Shown piece after piece: positions 10,299 through 19,965 of a DNA stretch of 57,387 nucleotides. Under the pieces are notes generated by a model, which saw nothing but the letters and a program-made list of their open reading frames with translations, was not told the origin of the DNA and made no database searches. The position numbers were made by a program, and so were the translations under genes. This stretch comes from Alphaproteobacteria bacterium (lineage in GTDB: Bacteria > Pseudomonadota > Alphaproteobacteria > Rhizobiales > Hyphomicrobiaceae), in contig JAGVSR010000072.1 in assembly GCA_019137195.1 (NCBI GenBank), positions 1 to 57,387 on the forward strand, written 5' to 3'. Position 1 is the stretch's first letter. Every line of letters begins with the position of its first letter.

Positions 10299-10508
10299 TT
10301 GAACAAAGGTACAGTGAAATTCTACAACGAGCAAAAGGGCTTCGGCTTTATCGCTCCTGAATCCGGCGGAAACGACGTTTTCGTTCACGCGACGGCACTC
10401 GAGCGTGCCGGCATCTCTCTCATCCGCGAAGGTCAGAAGGTGTTATTCGAGACCGAGCCGGACCGCCGCAGCGGCAAGATGGCTGTGAGCACGATCCAGC
10501 TCGACTGA
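10299..10508 (+). CDS. cspA: Cold-shock protein (CspA family)
   Basis: NKGTVKFYNEQKGFGFI...VFVHATAL is the canonical CSD (RNP1/RNP2). TTG start with RBS GAAGGA. A long AT-rich 5' leader lies upstream. Confidence 0.9.
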   Translation: MNKGTVKFYNEQKGFGFIAPESGGNDVFVHATALERAGISLIREGQKVLFETEPDRRSGKMAVSTIQLD

Positions 10509-10586
10509 GCACATCGCGACTTGTCGTGAGCAGGGCATGAGTTGTCCCAGACCGCGACATCGATCCTAAGGCACAAGGTAGGCTCT

Positions 10587-11360
10587 ATGCGCATCGGACC
10601 GAGACGCCTCCCTATCCTTGGCTTGTCGCTTCTCTTGCTGGGCGGGCCTGCACTCGCCGGCAAGAGTGATCGGCCGCTGCCTGCAAATGCGGTTGCAAGT
10701 CCCTACAGCGATCGCTGGTACTGCCGTCGCGGCTACAAGCAGGTCGACGAGTCCTGCGTTGCTATCGTGTTACCGGAAAATGCGATCCTGAGCGACATGA
10801 CGTTTGGTAGCGGTTGGGAGTGCCGGCGCGGGTTCCGGGAGGCTGGTGGAGGTTGCCAGCCTATTCGGGTCCCGGAGCACGCCTATCTCTCCGACAGATG
10901 GTCCGACGAGGGCTGGGAGTGCGAACGCGGGTTCGCCAAGCAAGGCCAAGTATGCATTGCTGTTCAAGTTCCGGCGAACGCCTTCCTGTCCGATGAAAAC
11001 TACCGTCGGCCGTGGGAATGCAATCGCGGCTACCGAGCAGTTGACAATGGCTGTGTGCCCATTGCGGTCCCTGGCAACGCTTATCTCGATGCATCGGCGG
11101 GCGAGAAGGGATGGTCCTGCGAGCGCGGCTACCGTGACAACGGCAACACATGCGCGCCGATCCGCGTGCCGCAAAACGGCTATCTAGCATCGAGCGGTCG
11201 CGACTGGCAGTGCAATCGGGGCTATGAGAAGCAAGCCAACGACTGCGTGGCGCTGAGCGTGCCGGAGCACGGCTACCTGAGGTCGAGCGACACGTGGGCC
11301 TGCGAAAGTCCCTACGAGCGTCGCGGGGCTGCCTGTGTCATGCCGGCTCAACGTCCGTGA
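10587..11360 (+). CDS. Secreted cysteine-rich tandem-repeat protein of unknown function
   Basis: Signal peptide MRIGPRRLPILGLSLLLLGGPALAG. About 6.5 repeats of a roughly 32-aa module: W-x-C-x-R-G-[FY]-x(5)-C-x-[PA]-I-x-V-P-x-N-[AG]-[YF]-L. Confidence 0.7.
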   Translation: MRIGPRRLPILGLSLLLLGGPALAGKSDRPLPANAVASPYSDRWYCRRGYKQVDESCVAIVLPENAILSDMTFGSGWECRRGFREAGGGCQPIRVPEHAYLSDRWSDEGWECERGFAKQGQVCIAVQVPANAFLSDENYRRPWECNRGYRAVDNGCVPIAVPGNAYLDASAGEKGWSCERGYRDNGNTCAPIRVPQNGYLASSGRDWQCNRGYEKQANDCVALSVPEHGYLRSSDTWACESPYERRGAACVMPAQRP

Positions 11361-11439
11361 TCTCGTCTCGGTCGTGTGACCACGCCATGAGATCCGCCCC
11401 TGGCGGTCGGAGCGGCAATCCGCCAGAAGGAATAGCATT

Positions 11440-11784
11440 ATGGCAAAGATCGCAGCACGCGGCACCAAGCGCAGGTGCCAGGACGAGGCTTGCGCGCTTC
11501 CCTTTTACGACCTGAACAGGGTTGAGTTCTCCTGTCCCAACTGCGGAGCGGCCTACGATATGCATCTGGCCCCCTCTCAGGCTGTAGCCAGCCAGCCGGC
11601 CTCAGCTCGCTACTCACGCATAAGCCCGGCCGCGACAGCAAAACCGGAGCCCGTGACAGACTCGTCGCAACGTCCTGAGGATGACGAGGAGGAGGGCGAT
11701 GCCGGTGCTGCCGAGACCCTCATCGAAGACGACGATGAAGAGGGGAACGTCGACGTGCCAAGAAGCGGCGGCATTTCCGAGTAA
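11440..11784 (+). CDS. TIGR02300 (FYDLN_acid) family protein
   Basis: N-terminal CxxC...FYDLN...CPNCG zinc-ribbon-like segment, followed by an acidic D/E-rich C-terminus. Confidence 0.75.
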   Translation: MAKIAARGTKRRCQDEACALPFYDLNRVEFSCPNCGAAYDMHLAPSQAVASQPASARYSRISPAATAKPEPVTDSSQRPEDDEEEGDAGAAETLIEDDDEEGNVDVPRSGGISE

Positions 11785-12606
11785 CTTCGCGCGGCAGCTT
11801 GCCCTGCTAAAGCGTTTTCCCAGACAATAGGAAGAAAGCGTCGCAATGAACCCAGAGACACCAATTCGCGAGCGAGTTTGCGACTGGTTTGTTCCACCCG
11901 TCGTAATCCCCTCGTGCTCGCCGTCCTCTTGCTGGCGTACATAAGGGCTCCGTGTCCCACAGTAGTCGGGGAGCGCGGCGGGTTAATCTTCTGTTCAGGC
12001 TCATGTGTCCAGGAGCTTAGATAGCGTGTCGTCGCTCATCCGTCAGGCACTCTCGCAACACCTGTGTTGCGCATCCGCAGCATGACCGCTGTGGGTCAAA
12101 CTCGACTTTTGCACTGCGCGCAAGGATGTCCGTTGTTCCTTCGGAAGCCGAAACTTGACAGCGCATTGCGTAGCTTGGCACGGCCTCACGCCGGACGTCC
12201 GCCCGGTATATTTCCTCTTCCCGACCAAGCTTCGCCTGGCCCATGACGCGGATCAGCGGCACGTAGTCCGGCGCTTGTCGGACGTTGGGCGCCCGCGGCG
12301 GGTTGCGCCCGGCGATGTCCCTCCTGCGCCGACGGCACACGAGCCGGCCATTCCGGCTGATGTTCCCGCATGACGGGGCGAGCCCGGGCGGCTGGCACAG
12401 ACAGGCGTCGGCCCGGGACAGGGGTTGCCAGGGTGGCGTCCGACGCAGGCGCGCCGGGGCGACCGCCGCACTCTCTTGCGGGCGCACTGACCTGGCGGGG
12501 GCGGAGGCGCGCACGTCTGCCGGGGAGCGCTGACGGTGCTCGCCCCTTCTTGCCCGCCACCTCCCGGCGTAGGATCGCCCGCAAACCTCACCGCGGGAGA
12601 CACGAC

Positions 12607-12837
12607 ATGGGCAAGGGTCTCGCCATCATTCTGGGTGCCGTGCTCGGGTTCTGTGTCGGCGCCCTTGCCGGCACGCTCGCCGGAACGCTGTGGATCACTG
12701 TCTTCCCTCCGGACCGGATCGCAGAGGGGCCTGAGGCAGGGTTCGGCACGGTCATCGGCTTCGGCATCGCCGGCGAGGCGATCGGCATCGTCGGCGGCAT
12801 CATTCTGGCGCTGCGGGGCGGGTCGAGCCGCACGTAG
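12607..12837 (+). CDS. Small Gly-zipper membrane protein (76 aa), hypothetical
   Basis: RBS GGGAGA. Two hydrophobic Gly-rich segments. High third-position GC. Confidence 0.5.
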   Translation: MGKGLAIILGAVLGFCVGALAGTLAGTLWITVFPPDRIAEGPEAGFGTVIGFGIAGEAIGIVGGIILALRGGSSRT

Positions 12838-13042
12838 CCAGCAGCACGACTGGCCCATACGAGCGGAGCGCATTCCGCCGTCCTTCGGCTCGCCGTGCCG
12901 AACGAGATCGACGGGTTACGGCTGGCGCCTCACCCGCCTTACAGTCGTCAGGGAGCATCCAGCGCCGTCTCGCGAGACACCAGTCATGCCCAGCTCGGGC
13001 GCCGTCGGACGCCGATGTTATCCGCCGGGCGCGACCGGCACC

Positions 13043-13552
13043 TCAGACAGCCGCAAGCGGACCCGGGCCATTGAGCGTCTCGCCCTCGCTGCCCATCGAC
13101 TTCAGCGGGTCGGGCCCGTACGCATTGTCACCGTCGGTGCCCTTGAGGACCATGAGCTCGACGAACGCCCATACTGTCAGTGCGACGCCGGTAGCGACGC
13201 AGGCCCACCACAGCGGCTCTCCCTCGGGGAGGCGGTCGGCGATCTTGTCGAGGGCGCTCGGGACAAGCCAGAACGGCAATAGCCAGGCGGCCGACTTGTT
13301 ACGGTCCTGAAGTCGTTTGACCGTCACCGCGAACGCCGGCACGATGGCGAGCAGGATGATCACGGCGAGGTAGCCGATCACCACGGCCATGAGACCGTTG
13401 TCGCCCATGTGGTCGGCCGGCGAGGTCGCCCAGACAACGAGGAGCGCCGCAGCGATCAGCGCCAGCACGGCGAGCGTGCCGAGGACGTACGTCAGGCGCG
13501 AGATGCGGCCGTTGAAGGAGAAAAAGAGCTTGCCGAGGGAGGGGTGGTGCAT
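13043..13552 (-). CDS. DUF805 (YhaH-like) inner membrane protein
   Basis: SFNGRISRLTYVLGTLAVLAL motif and multiple transmembrane segments. Confidence 0.7.
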   Translation of the reverse strand: MHHPSLGKLFFSFNGRISRLTYVLGTLAVLALIAAALLVVWATSPADHMGDNGLMAVVIGYLAVIILLAIVPAFAVTVKRLQDRNKSAAWLLPFWLVPSALDKIADRLPEGEPLWWACVATGVALTVWAFVELMVLKGTDGDNAYGPDPLKSMGSEGETLNGPGPLAAV

Positions 13553-13775
13553 GGGCGTGTTCTCCAGTTATCGGAGTCAAGTATCCTTCTCTCGTCTGAA
13601 AAGTCTTATAATGAAATTGATGACATCGCCGTCCCTACGTTTACCTTCGTAAATGTCGCGCTCACGGATCGATCGACACCCCGACCCATCCGCCTGCGGC
13701 CATGCGCAAGCTCAACTGGCGTGCATCGATACGTGCTATTATTTTGTGCCAGATCCCATATCGAGGAGCGCGCCC

Positions 13776-13979
13776 ATGGCATTCGAGGCATTGAAAGCGG
13801 AGATCGGGCTCTTGATGACGCGCATGCAGAACGAGCCCGAGGATCGGCATGAGATGCAACTCATGCTGAAGAGCAAGCTCGACGAGCTGAAGGCGTTCGG
13901 CATGCCGATTCCCGATGACCTCGCCCGGCTCGAGGCCGCGCTCGAGGCCGAGTTCGCCGCCGATATGCAGAGGAAGTGA
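13776..13979 (+). CDS. Hypothetical small protein (67 aa)
   Basis: ORF MAFEALKAEIGLLMTRMQNEPED... sits downstream of an AT-rich divergent promoter region. Confidence 0.4.
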   Translation: MAFEALKAEIGLLMTRMQNEPEDRHEMQLMLKSKLDELKAFGMPIPDDLARLEAALEAEFAADMQRK

Positions 13980-14076
13980 CGCCCCGCACCGGGGGTCTGC
14001 CGCAACCGTCGGGACACCCGGCGTTCGTACACGGGTATGACGGCAGGCCGGCGGGAGAAGCAGAGGCCGGTAAAGA

Positions 14077-14511
14077 TCAGGCAGTAGCCGCCGCGAACAT
14101 GCGCGCCGTGTCGAAATATTCGAAGAAGCTGATGGCCCGGCCGTTCTCGAACCTCCATACGTCGACCTTCGGCGTCTCGCAGACCTTCCCGGTCGCCTTG
14201 TTGGTCCACGCCGTCGAGCAGACAACGGCCACGCGGTCGCCCTCGGCGATCATGACGTCGACCGTGAAGTGGATCATGCTCCAGGCCCCGAGCAGGCCGT
14301 CGAAATAGCCTTTCACCTCGTGCTTGCCGATGGCCGTCGCCGTAAACGGCGCCGCCTCCGCCCCGTCGGCCAGCGAGCCGAACGTCACGGTGTCGGCGAA
14401 CACGTGCATCAGCTCGTCGATCGCACCTCCCTTGCTCTCGTGCCAGCGGCGATAGACCAATTCGAGCAGAGCCTTGTTGGCTGCGGCATCTGACATGACG
14501 GCGTGCTCCAC
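14077..14511 (-). CDS. SnoaL-like / NTF2-like (ketosteroid isomerase fold) protein
   Basis: 144 aa with the NTF2-like pattern (LVYRRWHES...FDGLLGAWSMIHFTVDVMIAEGDRVAVV). Confidence 0.6.
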   Translation of the reverse strand: MEHAVMSDAAANKALLELVYRRWHESKGGAIDELMHVFADTVTFGSLADGAEAAPFTATAIGKHEVKGYFDGLLGAWSMIHFTVDVMIAEGDRVAVVCSTAWTNKATGKVCETPKVDVWRFENGRAISFFEYFDTARMFAAATA

Positions 14512-14667
14512 GACATGACTTCGACCGAAAGCCGGAGCATATAGCGACCCATGACCTGCGGCGAGAGGCTGCGCCTATGGAGCTGCGCCGGGCCTTTGCT
14601 GCGCTTGACCCCGATCGCCAGGGCGATACACACGGGGACCTGAGGCTTTCCAATGAGGTGACACACG

Positions 14668-15348
14668 ATGGGCGGCACCTTGAGACACGTCTTCGGCGCG
14701 GCACTCGTTGCACTGTCGCTCACCGCGTCCGCACTCTCAGCCCTTGCCCTGGCGCCAAAGACGGCAGCCGACGGCGGCGCGCTCGACGGCTTCTGGATGG
14801 ACTCGGACGGTGAGGTCATTCTCAAGGTCGAGCCGTGCGGTGATGCCCATTGCGGCAAGGTCGCGTGGCTGCGGCTCCCGTTCGGTCCCGACGGGCAGCT
14901 GCTGCTCGACTATCGCAATCCCGATCCGTCGTTGCGCCACCGGCCCGTATGCGGGCTCGAGGTTCTCTCAGGTTTCAAGCGCCAGGAGGACGGCACCTGG
15001 GGTGACGGCTCGGTCTACGTCTCGGACCTCGGCATGAGCTTTTCCGGCTATGCCGAGGTGGTGAACCCGAAAGAGGTGAAGGTCACCGGCTACGTCGGAC
15101 TGAAGCTGTTCGGCCAGTCGGAGGTCTGGAAGCGGGTCGAGAAGCCGTTCGAGATCTGCTGGGTGAAGCCGCCGAAGCCCGGCTCGCCCTCACCGACCCC
15201 GGCAGCGACAGCGGGCGGAACGACCGGCGGCACAGATCCGGTGTCGGACGCCAAAGCGAAAGAGACCGCACCGGCGGTCGCGCCGAAACCCGCCGACACC
15301 AAGGTCTCGCCGGGCGCGTTGCTGCCCGAGGCGCTCGCCAAGCCCTAG
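14668..15348 (+). CDS. DUF2147 domain secreted protein
   Basis: Signal peptide. GFWMDSDGEVILKVEPCGDAHCGKVAWL motif. Pro/Thr/Ala-rich C-terminal tail. Confidence 0.65.
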   Translation: MGGTLRHVFGAALVALSLTASALSALALAPKTAADGGALDGFWMDSDGEVILKVEPCGDAHCGKVAWLRLPFGPDGQLLLDYRNPDPSLRHRPVCGLEVLSGFKRQEDGTWGDGSVYVSDLGMSFSGYAEVVNPKEVKVTGYVGLKLFGQSEVWKRVEKPFEICWVKPPKPGSPSPTPAATAGGTTGGTDPVSDAKAKETAPAVAPKPADTKVSPGALLPEALAKP

Positions 15349-15354
15349 GCCGCC

Positions 15355-15903
15355 ATGTCCCACTGGATCGCGGTCGGGCTTGCAGCGCTCCTGGCGGTAG
15401 CGGCAACATCAGCTCGCGCAGCAGACCCTAGGCTCCCTCCCGGCCGCGACCGTGGCGGCCCGGTGGTCGCCATAGTCTCGGAAGGCATCGACTATACCGA
15501 TGCCGGAATCGAGCCGCGGCTCGCCCGCGACGGCGAAGGCGAGCTTATCGGCTGGGATTTCGTGGATGGCGACAACCGGCCTTACGCGAAAGGTCCCGAA
15601 AGCCGAGCCGCGGCGCTGGCGCTGGAGGTGATGCCGCAGGCTCGCATCATACCGCTCCGTGCGGCACCCTCGGAACCGTCCACGTTCGCAGCAGCGGTCT
15701 TGTTCGCTGCCCGTACGCCGGCTCGCGCGGTCATTCTCTCCGTGGTACCCGCGCAGACGAAGGGCTGGCAGGAGCTCGAGCGCGCCGCCCGCGACAGCGA
15801 CGGGCTCCACATCGGGCTCTTGAGCTGCGCCATCCCCGGCGGCACAGCCCCACCCGACAGCTTCGCTGCCCTCTCGAACGTCAGGGTCATCCCCTGCCCA
15901 TGA
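15355..15903 (+). CDS. Secreted subtilase (S8)-like mini-protein with degenerate catalytic residues
   Basis: Signal peptide. VVAIVSEGIDYTD...IGWDFVDGDNRPYAKGPES aligns to the subtilase D-region and H-region. Asp is replaced by Glu and GHGT by GPES. Only 182 aa. Confidence 0.5.
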   Translation: MSHWIAVGLAALLAVAATSARAADPRLPPGRDRGGPVVAIVSEGIDYTDAGIEPRLARDGEGELIGWDFVDGDNRPYAKGPESRAAALALEVMPQARIIPLRAAPSEPSTFAAAVLFAARTPARAVILSVVPAQTKGWQELERAARDSDGLHIGLLSCAIPGGTAPPDSFAALSNVRVIPCP

Positions 15904-16071
15904 CCCGCTGCCCCACCCTGATCCGCGCCCATGCCAACAGACTTGAGGTCCCTGGGAGGCAGGCCTGCCCGAGGGCTCATCCCGCGACAACGACTGGCGT
16001 TAGGTCACATACGGGCGGATGCGGAGAACACCTTGCGGTCAGGGGTCCGCACGCCGCGGCATCGGTGCCGC

Positions 16072-17421
16072 TCACCCCGTCACCACGCCCCACAAGAGCT
16101 TCACGTTGAGCGCCACGATGATGAGAGCGACCAGGCCGGCAAGCACGGTCAGCCAGCGAGGCGCGGTGAACTCGCCCATCTTCTTACGGTCGGCCGTGAA
16201 CATTACGAGCGGAATGACGGCGAACGGCAGCTGAAACGACAGCACCACCTGCGAGAGAATGAGGAGCTTGCCCGTCGCACCCTCGCCGTACATCAGCGTC
16301 ACCGCCGCAGCCGGCACGATCGCCACCGCCCGCGTGACGAGCCGCCGAATCCATGGCGCGAGCCGGAAGTTGATGAAGCCCTCCATCACCGCCTGGCCTG
16401 CGAGCGTCGCCGTCACCGTCGAGTTGAGGCCGCAGCAGAGCAGCGCGACCGCGAACAACGACGGCGCGATCGTCGCGCCGAGCAGCGGAGCGAGCAGGCT
16501 GTGCGCCTCGCCGAGCTCAGCCACCTCCGTCCGTCCTGCGGCATGGAACGACGCCGCAGCGAGGATCAGAATCGAGGCGTTGATGAGCAGCGCAAACATC
16601 AGCGCCGCCGTGGAATCGATGGTGGCGAAGCGCAGCGCTTGCCACTTGTCCTCCTGCCGCTCGCCGAACGAGCGAGTCTGCACGATGGCCGAATGCAAGT
16701 AGAGATTGTGCGGCATGACCGTCGCACCGATGATACCGAGCGCGAGATAGAGCATGTCCGGATTCTTCACGATCTCGGACGACGGCGCGAACCCCGCCAC
16801 GACCTTCCCCCAGTCCGGATCCGCAAGGAATATCTGGATGCCGAAGCACACCGCGATCACCGACAGCAGAGCGATGATGAACGCCTCGATCCAGCGGAAG
16901 CCGAGGTTCTGCAACGCGAGGATCAGGAACACGTCGAGGGCGGTCAACAACACGCCGGTTGCGAGCGGGATGCCGAACAGAAGATTGAGGCCGATCGCCG
17001 TGCCGATAATCTCAGCCAGATCGGTAGCGCAGATGGCGAGTTCGGCGAGAAGCCACAGAACCCAGGCGACGGGCTTCGGAAAAGCGTCGCGGCAAGCCTG
17101 TGCGAGATCGCGGCCCGTGGCGATCCCGAGCCGCGCGCACAGCGACTGCAGCAGGATGGCCATGAAGTTGGAGACGAGCGCCACCACCAGGAGCGCATAG
17201 CCGAACTGGGAGCCGCCGGCGAGCGAGGTAGCCCAGTTGCCAGGGTCCATGTAGCCTGTGGCAACGAGATAGCCGGGGCCGAGGAATGCAATGAGCTTCC
17301 TCATGCCCGAGCCGCTGGCAGGTACACGGATGGTGCGGAAAACCTCGCTGAGCGGCGGATTCTCGGATGCCTGCCGCCAGCCTCGGCTCATGTCGTTGGT
17401 CCAATACTCTTGGGTCTTCAT
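16072..17421 (-). CDS. mntH: Nramp-family Mn2+/Fe2+ transporter MntH
   Basis: [28 protein letters not shown] is the Nramp signature. The ORF track starts at a TTG; the ATG for MKTQEYW is at 17421. Confidence 0.9.
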   Translation of the reverse strand: MKTQEYWTNDMSRGWRQASENPPLSEVFRTIRVPASGSGMRKLIAFLGPGYLVATGYMDPGNWATSLAGGSQFGYALLVVALVSNFMAILLQSLCARLGIATGRDLAQACRDAFPKPVAWVLWLLAELAICATDLAEIIGTAIGLNLLFGIPLATGVLLTALDVFLILALQNLGFRWIEAFIIALLSVIAVCFGIQIFLADPDWGKVVAGFAPSSEIVKNPDMLYLALGIIGATVMPHNLYLHSAIVQTRSFGERQEDKWQALRFATIDSTAALMFALLINASILILAAASFHAAGRTEVAELGEAHSLLAPLLGATIAPSLFAVALLCCGLNSTVTATLAGQAVMEGFINFRLAPWIRRLVTRAVAIVPAAAVTLMYGEGATGKLLILSQVVLSFQLPFAVIPLVMFTADRKKMGEFTAPRWLTVLAGLVALIIVALNVKLLWGVVTG

Positions 17422-17440
17422 GCCTCTTTTATAATGCTTC

Positions 17441-17470
17441 TGCAAATCGTTCGCAACTGGCCATTTGTCG
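17441..17470 (-). promoter_or_regulatory. Candidate Mur/Fur-type operator upstream of mntH
   Basis: TGCAAATCGTTCGCA (TGC-N9-GCA) plus ATTTG elements lie 20-50 nt upstream of the mntH ATG. In rhizobia mntH is Mur-regulated. Confidence 0.25.
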
Positions 17471-17615
17471 CCATAGGCAGCCGGAGACCAGCCCGGTCAC
17501 CCGCGAGACCCGAAGGCGATCCGAGCGCCGCACACCCAAGCGACTCCGGCCTCGACGAAAAAGGGTGCCGCGGCGGAGCCCCGGCACCCTCGAGTGAGCT
17601 CGTCGCTAGGGCAGC

Positions 17616-19310
17616 CTAGAACAGGCCCTCGATCTGCCCCTGGTCGTTGAGACGGATCGTGTCGGCCGCCGGCACCTTGGGCAGACCCGGCATGGTCATG
17701 ATCTCGCCCGTGATGACGACAATGAACTCCGCGCCAGCCGAGAGCCGAAGCTCGCGCACGGGGACGATGTGCCCGGTTGGCGCGCCGCGCTTGTTGGGAT
17801 CGGTCGAGAACGAATACTGGGTCTTGGCCATGCACACCGGCAGGTGGCCGAAGCCCATCGCCTCGAGGTCCTTGAAGCGCGTCTCGACCGAGCTGTCGCA
17901 CGAGATGTCGGCCGCGCGGTAGATCTCGGTGGCGATCGTCTTCACCTTGTCCCGGAGCCCCATGCTGTCCGGATAGAGGGGCTTGAACGCCGCCTTGCCC
18001 GAGTTGCAGACCTCGACGACGTGGTGCGCGAGAGCCTCGGTACCCTTGCCGCCCTCGGCCCAGTGGTTGCACATGAAGGCGCGCGTACCCATGCTTTCCG
18101 CCGCCTTCATCACCTCCTGGATCTCGGCTTCGGTGTCGGTAATGAAACGGTTGACGGCGACGATCGCCGGCACGCCGAACTTGTTCACGTTCTCGATGTG
18201 GCGCTTCAGGTTCTCGCAGCCTTTGGCCACGGCCGCGGCGTTCTCGGCCTTGAGGTCGTCCTTCTTGACGCCGCCGTGCATCTTGAGCGCGCGCACGGTA
18301 GCCACGATGACCGCGCAGGACGGCTGAAGACCCGCCTTGCGGCACTTGATGTCGAAAAACTTCTCGGCTCCGAGATCGGCGCCGAAGCCGGCTTCGGTCA
18401 CGACGTAGTCGGCGAGCTTCAATGCGGTCTTGGTCGCGAGCACCGAGTTGCAGCCGTGCGCGATGTTGGCGAACGGTCCGCCGTGGATGAACACGGGGTT
18501 GTTCTCGAGCGTCTGCACGAGGTTCGGCATGAGGGCATCCTTGAGGAGCACCGTCATGGCGCCCTCGCCCTTCACGTCACGGGCTCGGACCGGCTTCTTG
18601 TCGCGGGTGTAGGCAACGATGATGTTCCCGAGCCGCGTCTCGAGGTCCTTCAGGTCCTTGGCGAGGCAGAGAATCGCCATCACCTCCGAGGCGACCGTGA
18701 TGTCGAAGCCGTCCTCGCGCGGAAAGCCGTTCGAGACGCCGCCGAGCGAGTTGACGATCGAGCGCAGCGCGCGGTCGTTCATGTCCAAGACGCGGCGCCA
18801 CTCGACACGGCGGCTGTCGATGCCGGCGGCATTGCCCCAGTAGATGTGGTTGTCGATCAGCGCCGAGAGGAGGTTATGGGCGGACGTGATGGCGTGGAAG
18901 TCGCCCGTGAAGTGGAGGTTGATGTCCTCCATCGGCACGACCTGTGCGTACCCGCCGCCGGCAGCGCCGCCCTTGACGCCGAAGCACGGGCCGAGCGAGG
19001 GCTCGCGCAGGGCCATCATGGCCTTCTTGCCGATGCGGTTGAGGCCGTCGCCGAGACCGACGGTGGTGGTCGTCTTGCCTTCGCCGGCAGGCGTCGGGCT
19101 GATCGCCGTCACGAGCACGAGCTTGCCGTCCGGGCGGCCCTTGATGCTGTCGATGAAATCCGCTGTCACCTTGGCCTTGGTGGGGCCGTACTGGAGCAGG
19201 GCGTCGGAGGGAATGCCGACCTTGGCCGCCACTTCGGCGATGGGACGCATGGTGGCTTCGCGGGCAATCTCGATATCGGATTTCACGGACACGGGGTTAT
19301 TTCCTCCCAT
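17616..19310 (-). CDS. fhs: Formate--tetrahydrofolate ligase
   Basis: 564 aa and full-length. The start has RBS GGAGGAA. Confidence 0.95.
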   Translation of the reverse strand: MGGNNPVSVKSDIEIAREATMRPIAEVAAKVGIPSDALLQYGPTKAKVTADFIDSIKGRPDGKLVLVTAISPTPAGEGKTTTTVGLGDGLNRIGKKAMMALREPSLGPCFGVKGGAAGGGYAQVVPMEDINLHFTGDFHAITSAHNLLSALIDNHIYWGNAAGIDSRRVEWRRVLDMNDRALRSIVNSLGGVSNGFPREDGFDITVASEVMAILCLAKDLKDLETRLGNIIVAYTRDKKPVRARDVKGEGAMTVLLKDALMPNLVQTLENNPVFIHGGPFANIAHGCNSVLATKTALKLADYVVTEAGFGADLGAEKFFDIKCRKAGLQPSCAVIVATVRALKMHGGVKKDDLKAENAAAVAKGCENLKRHIENVNKFGVPAIVAVNRFITDTEAEIQEVMKAAESMGTRAFMCNHWAEGGKGTEALAHHVVEVCNSGKAAFKPLYPDSMGLRDKVKTIATEIYRAADISCDSSVETRFKDLEAMGFGHLPVCMAKTQYSFSTDPNKRGAPTGHIVPVRELRLSAGAEFIVVITGEIMTMPGLPKVPAADTIRLNDQGQIEGLF

Positions 19311-19965
19311 TCAAGTGTTTGGAATCGATAGCGCCCAGGCTTGACCCGCCCGGGCACCCGCCTCGTTCGGCGATTGGGGCGATATTGGCGGCTCGCGGGC
19401 CTGACGCCAAGCGTGATATCTGACGCGGACAAGGTGACGCGACAGGGGTAGCCAAGCGCCACTCCAATGGGCAGGGCTCCCGCCGCTCGCGCGCAGGGTT
19501 TGAAAGGTCCGGGGTTGCGGGGCGCAGGCAGCACCTCGAATTTGTATTATTGTGGCGCGGCCAGCGCCCCACACGAGGTTAGAGCGGGGAAACGCGAATG
19601 ACCCCGCCGCCGGACACCCCTTCTTAACGGGAAGCTACTCCCGGGCCTCGCTCGCACGAGGGAATGAGGCGTCCGCGGAGAGGTAGGCGCGTGACCGACG
19701 ATCCTCTCCGATCTCGTCCCGCTCCTCACCCTTTGGACGCCTCCGGAGGCGGCCCCGGCCGAGCGGGATCGGGAGAGTATGCGTCAGTCCGAAGGCGCGG
19801 GGATAAGACGGGCGATCGGAATGCGAATTCTGGATCACGCTCTGCGACGCCGGTCCGGAACGGCCGGTTGTGACCCGGAGCGGACCAAGCCACGATGTGG
19901 ATTTCTTGATCCTGCCCGTCCGGTCGGTAATGCAGGAGCGACGGGCGCGCGGGCGCAATTGGGAG

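Noticed and set aside
12017-12514. 165-aa ORF in the gene-poor region 11785-12606
   Set aside because: Third-position GC is about 60%, against about 85-90% in real genes here. No motif. It overlaps other equally weak ORFs.
19311-19965. ZTP riboswitch called as a feature
   Set aside because: Only partial resemblance to the conserved 3' sub-domain and no clear pseudoknot partner. It is kept as a low-confidence finding to test with Infernal rather than annotated.
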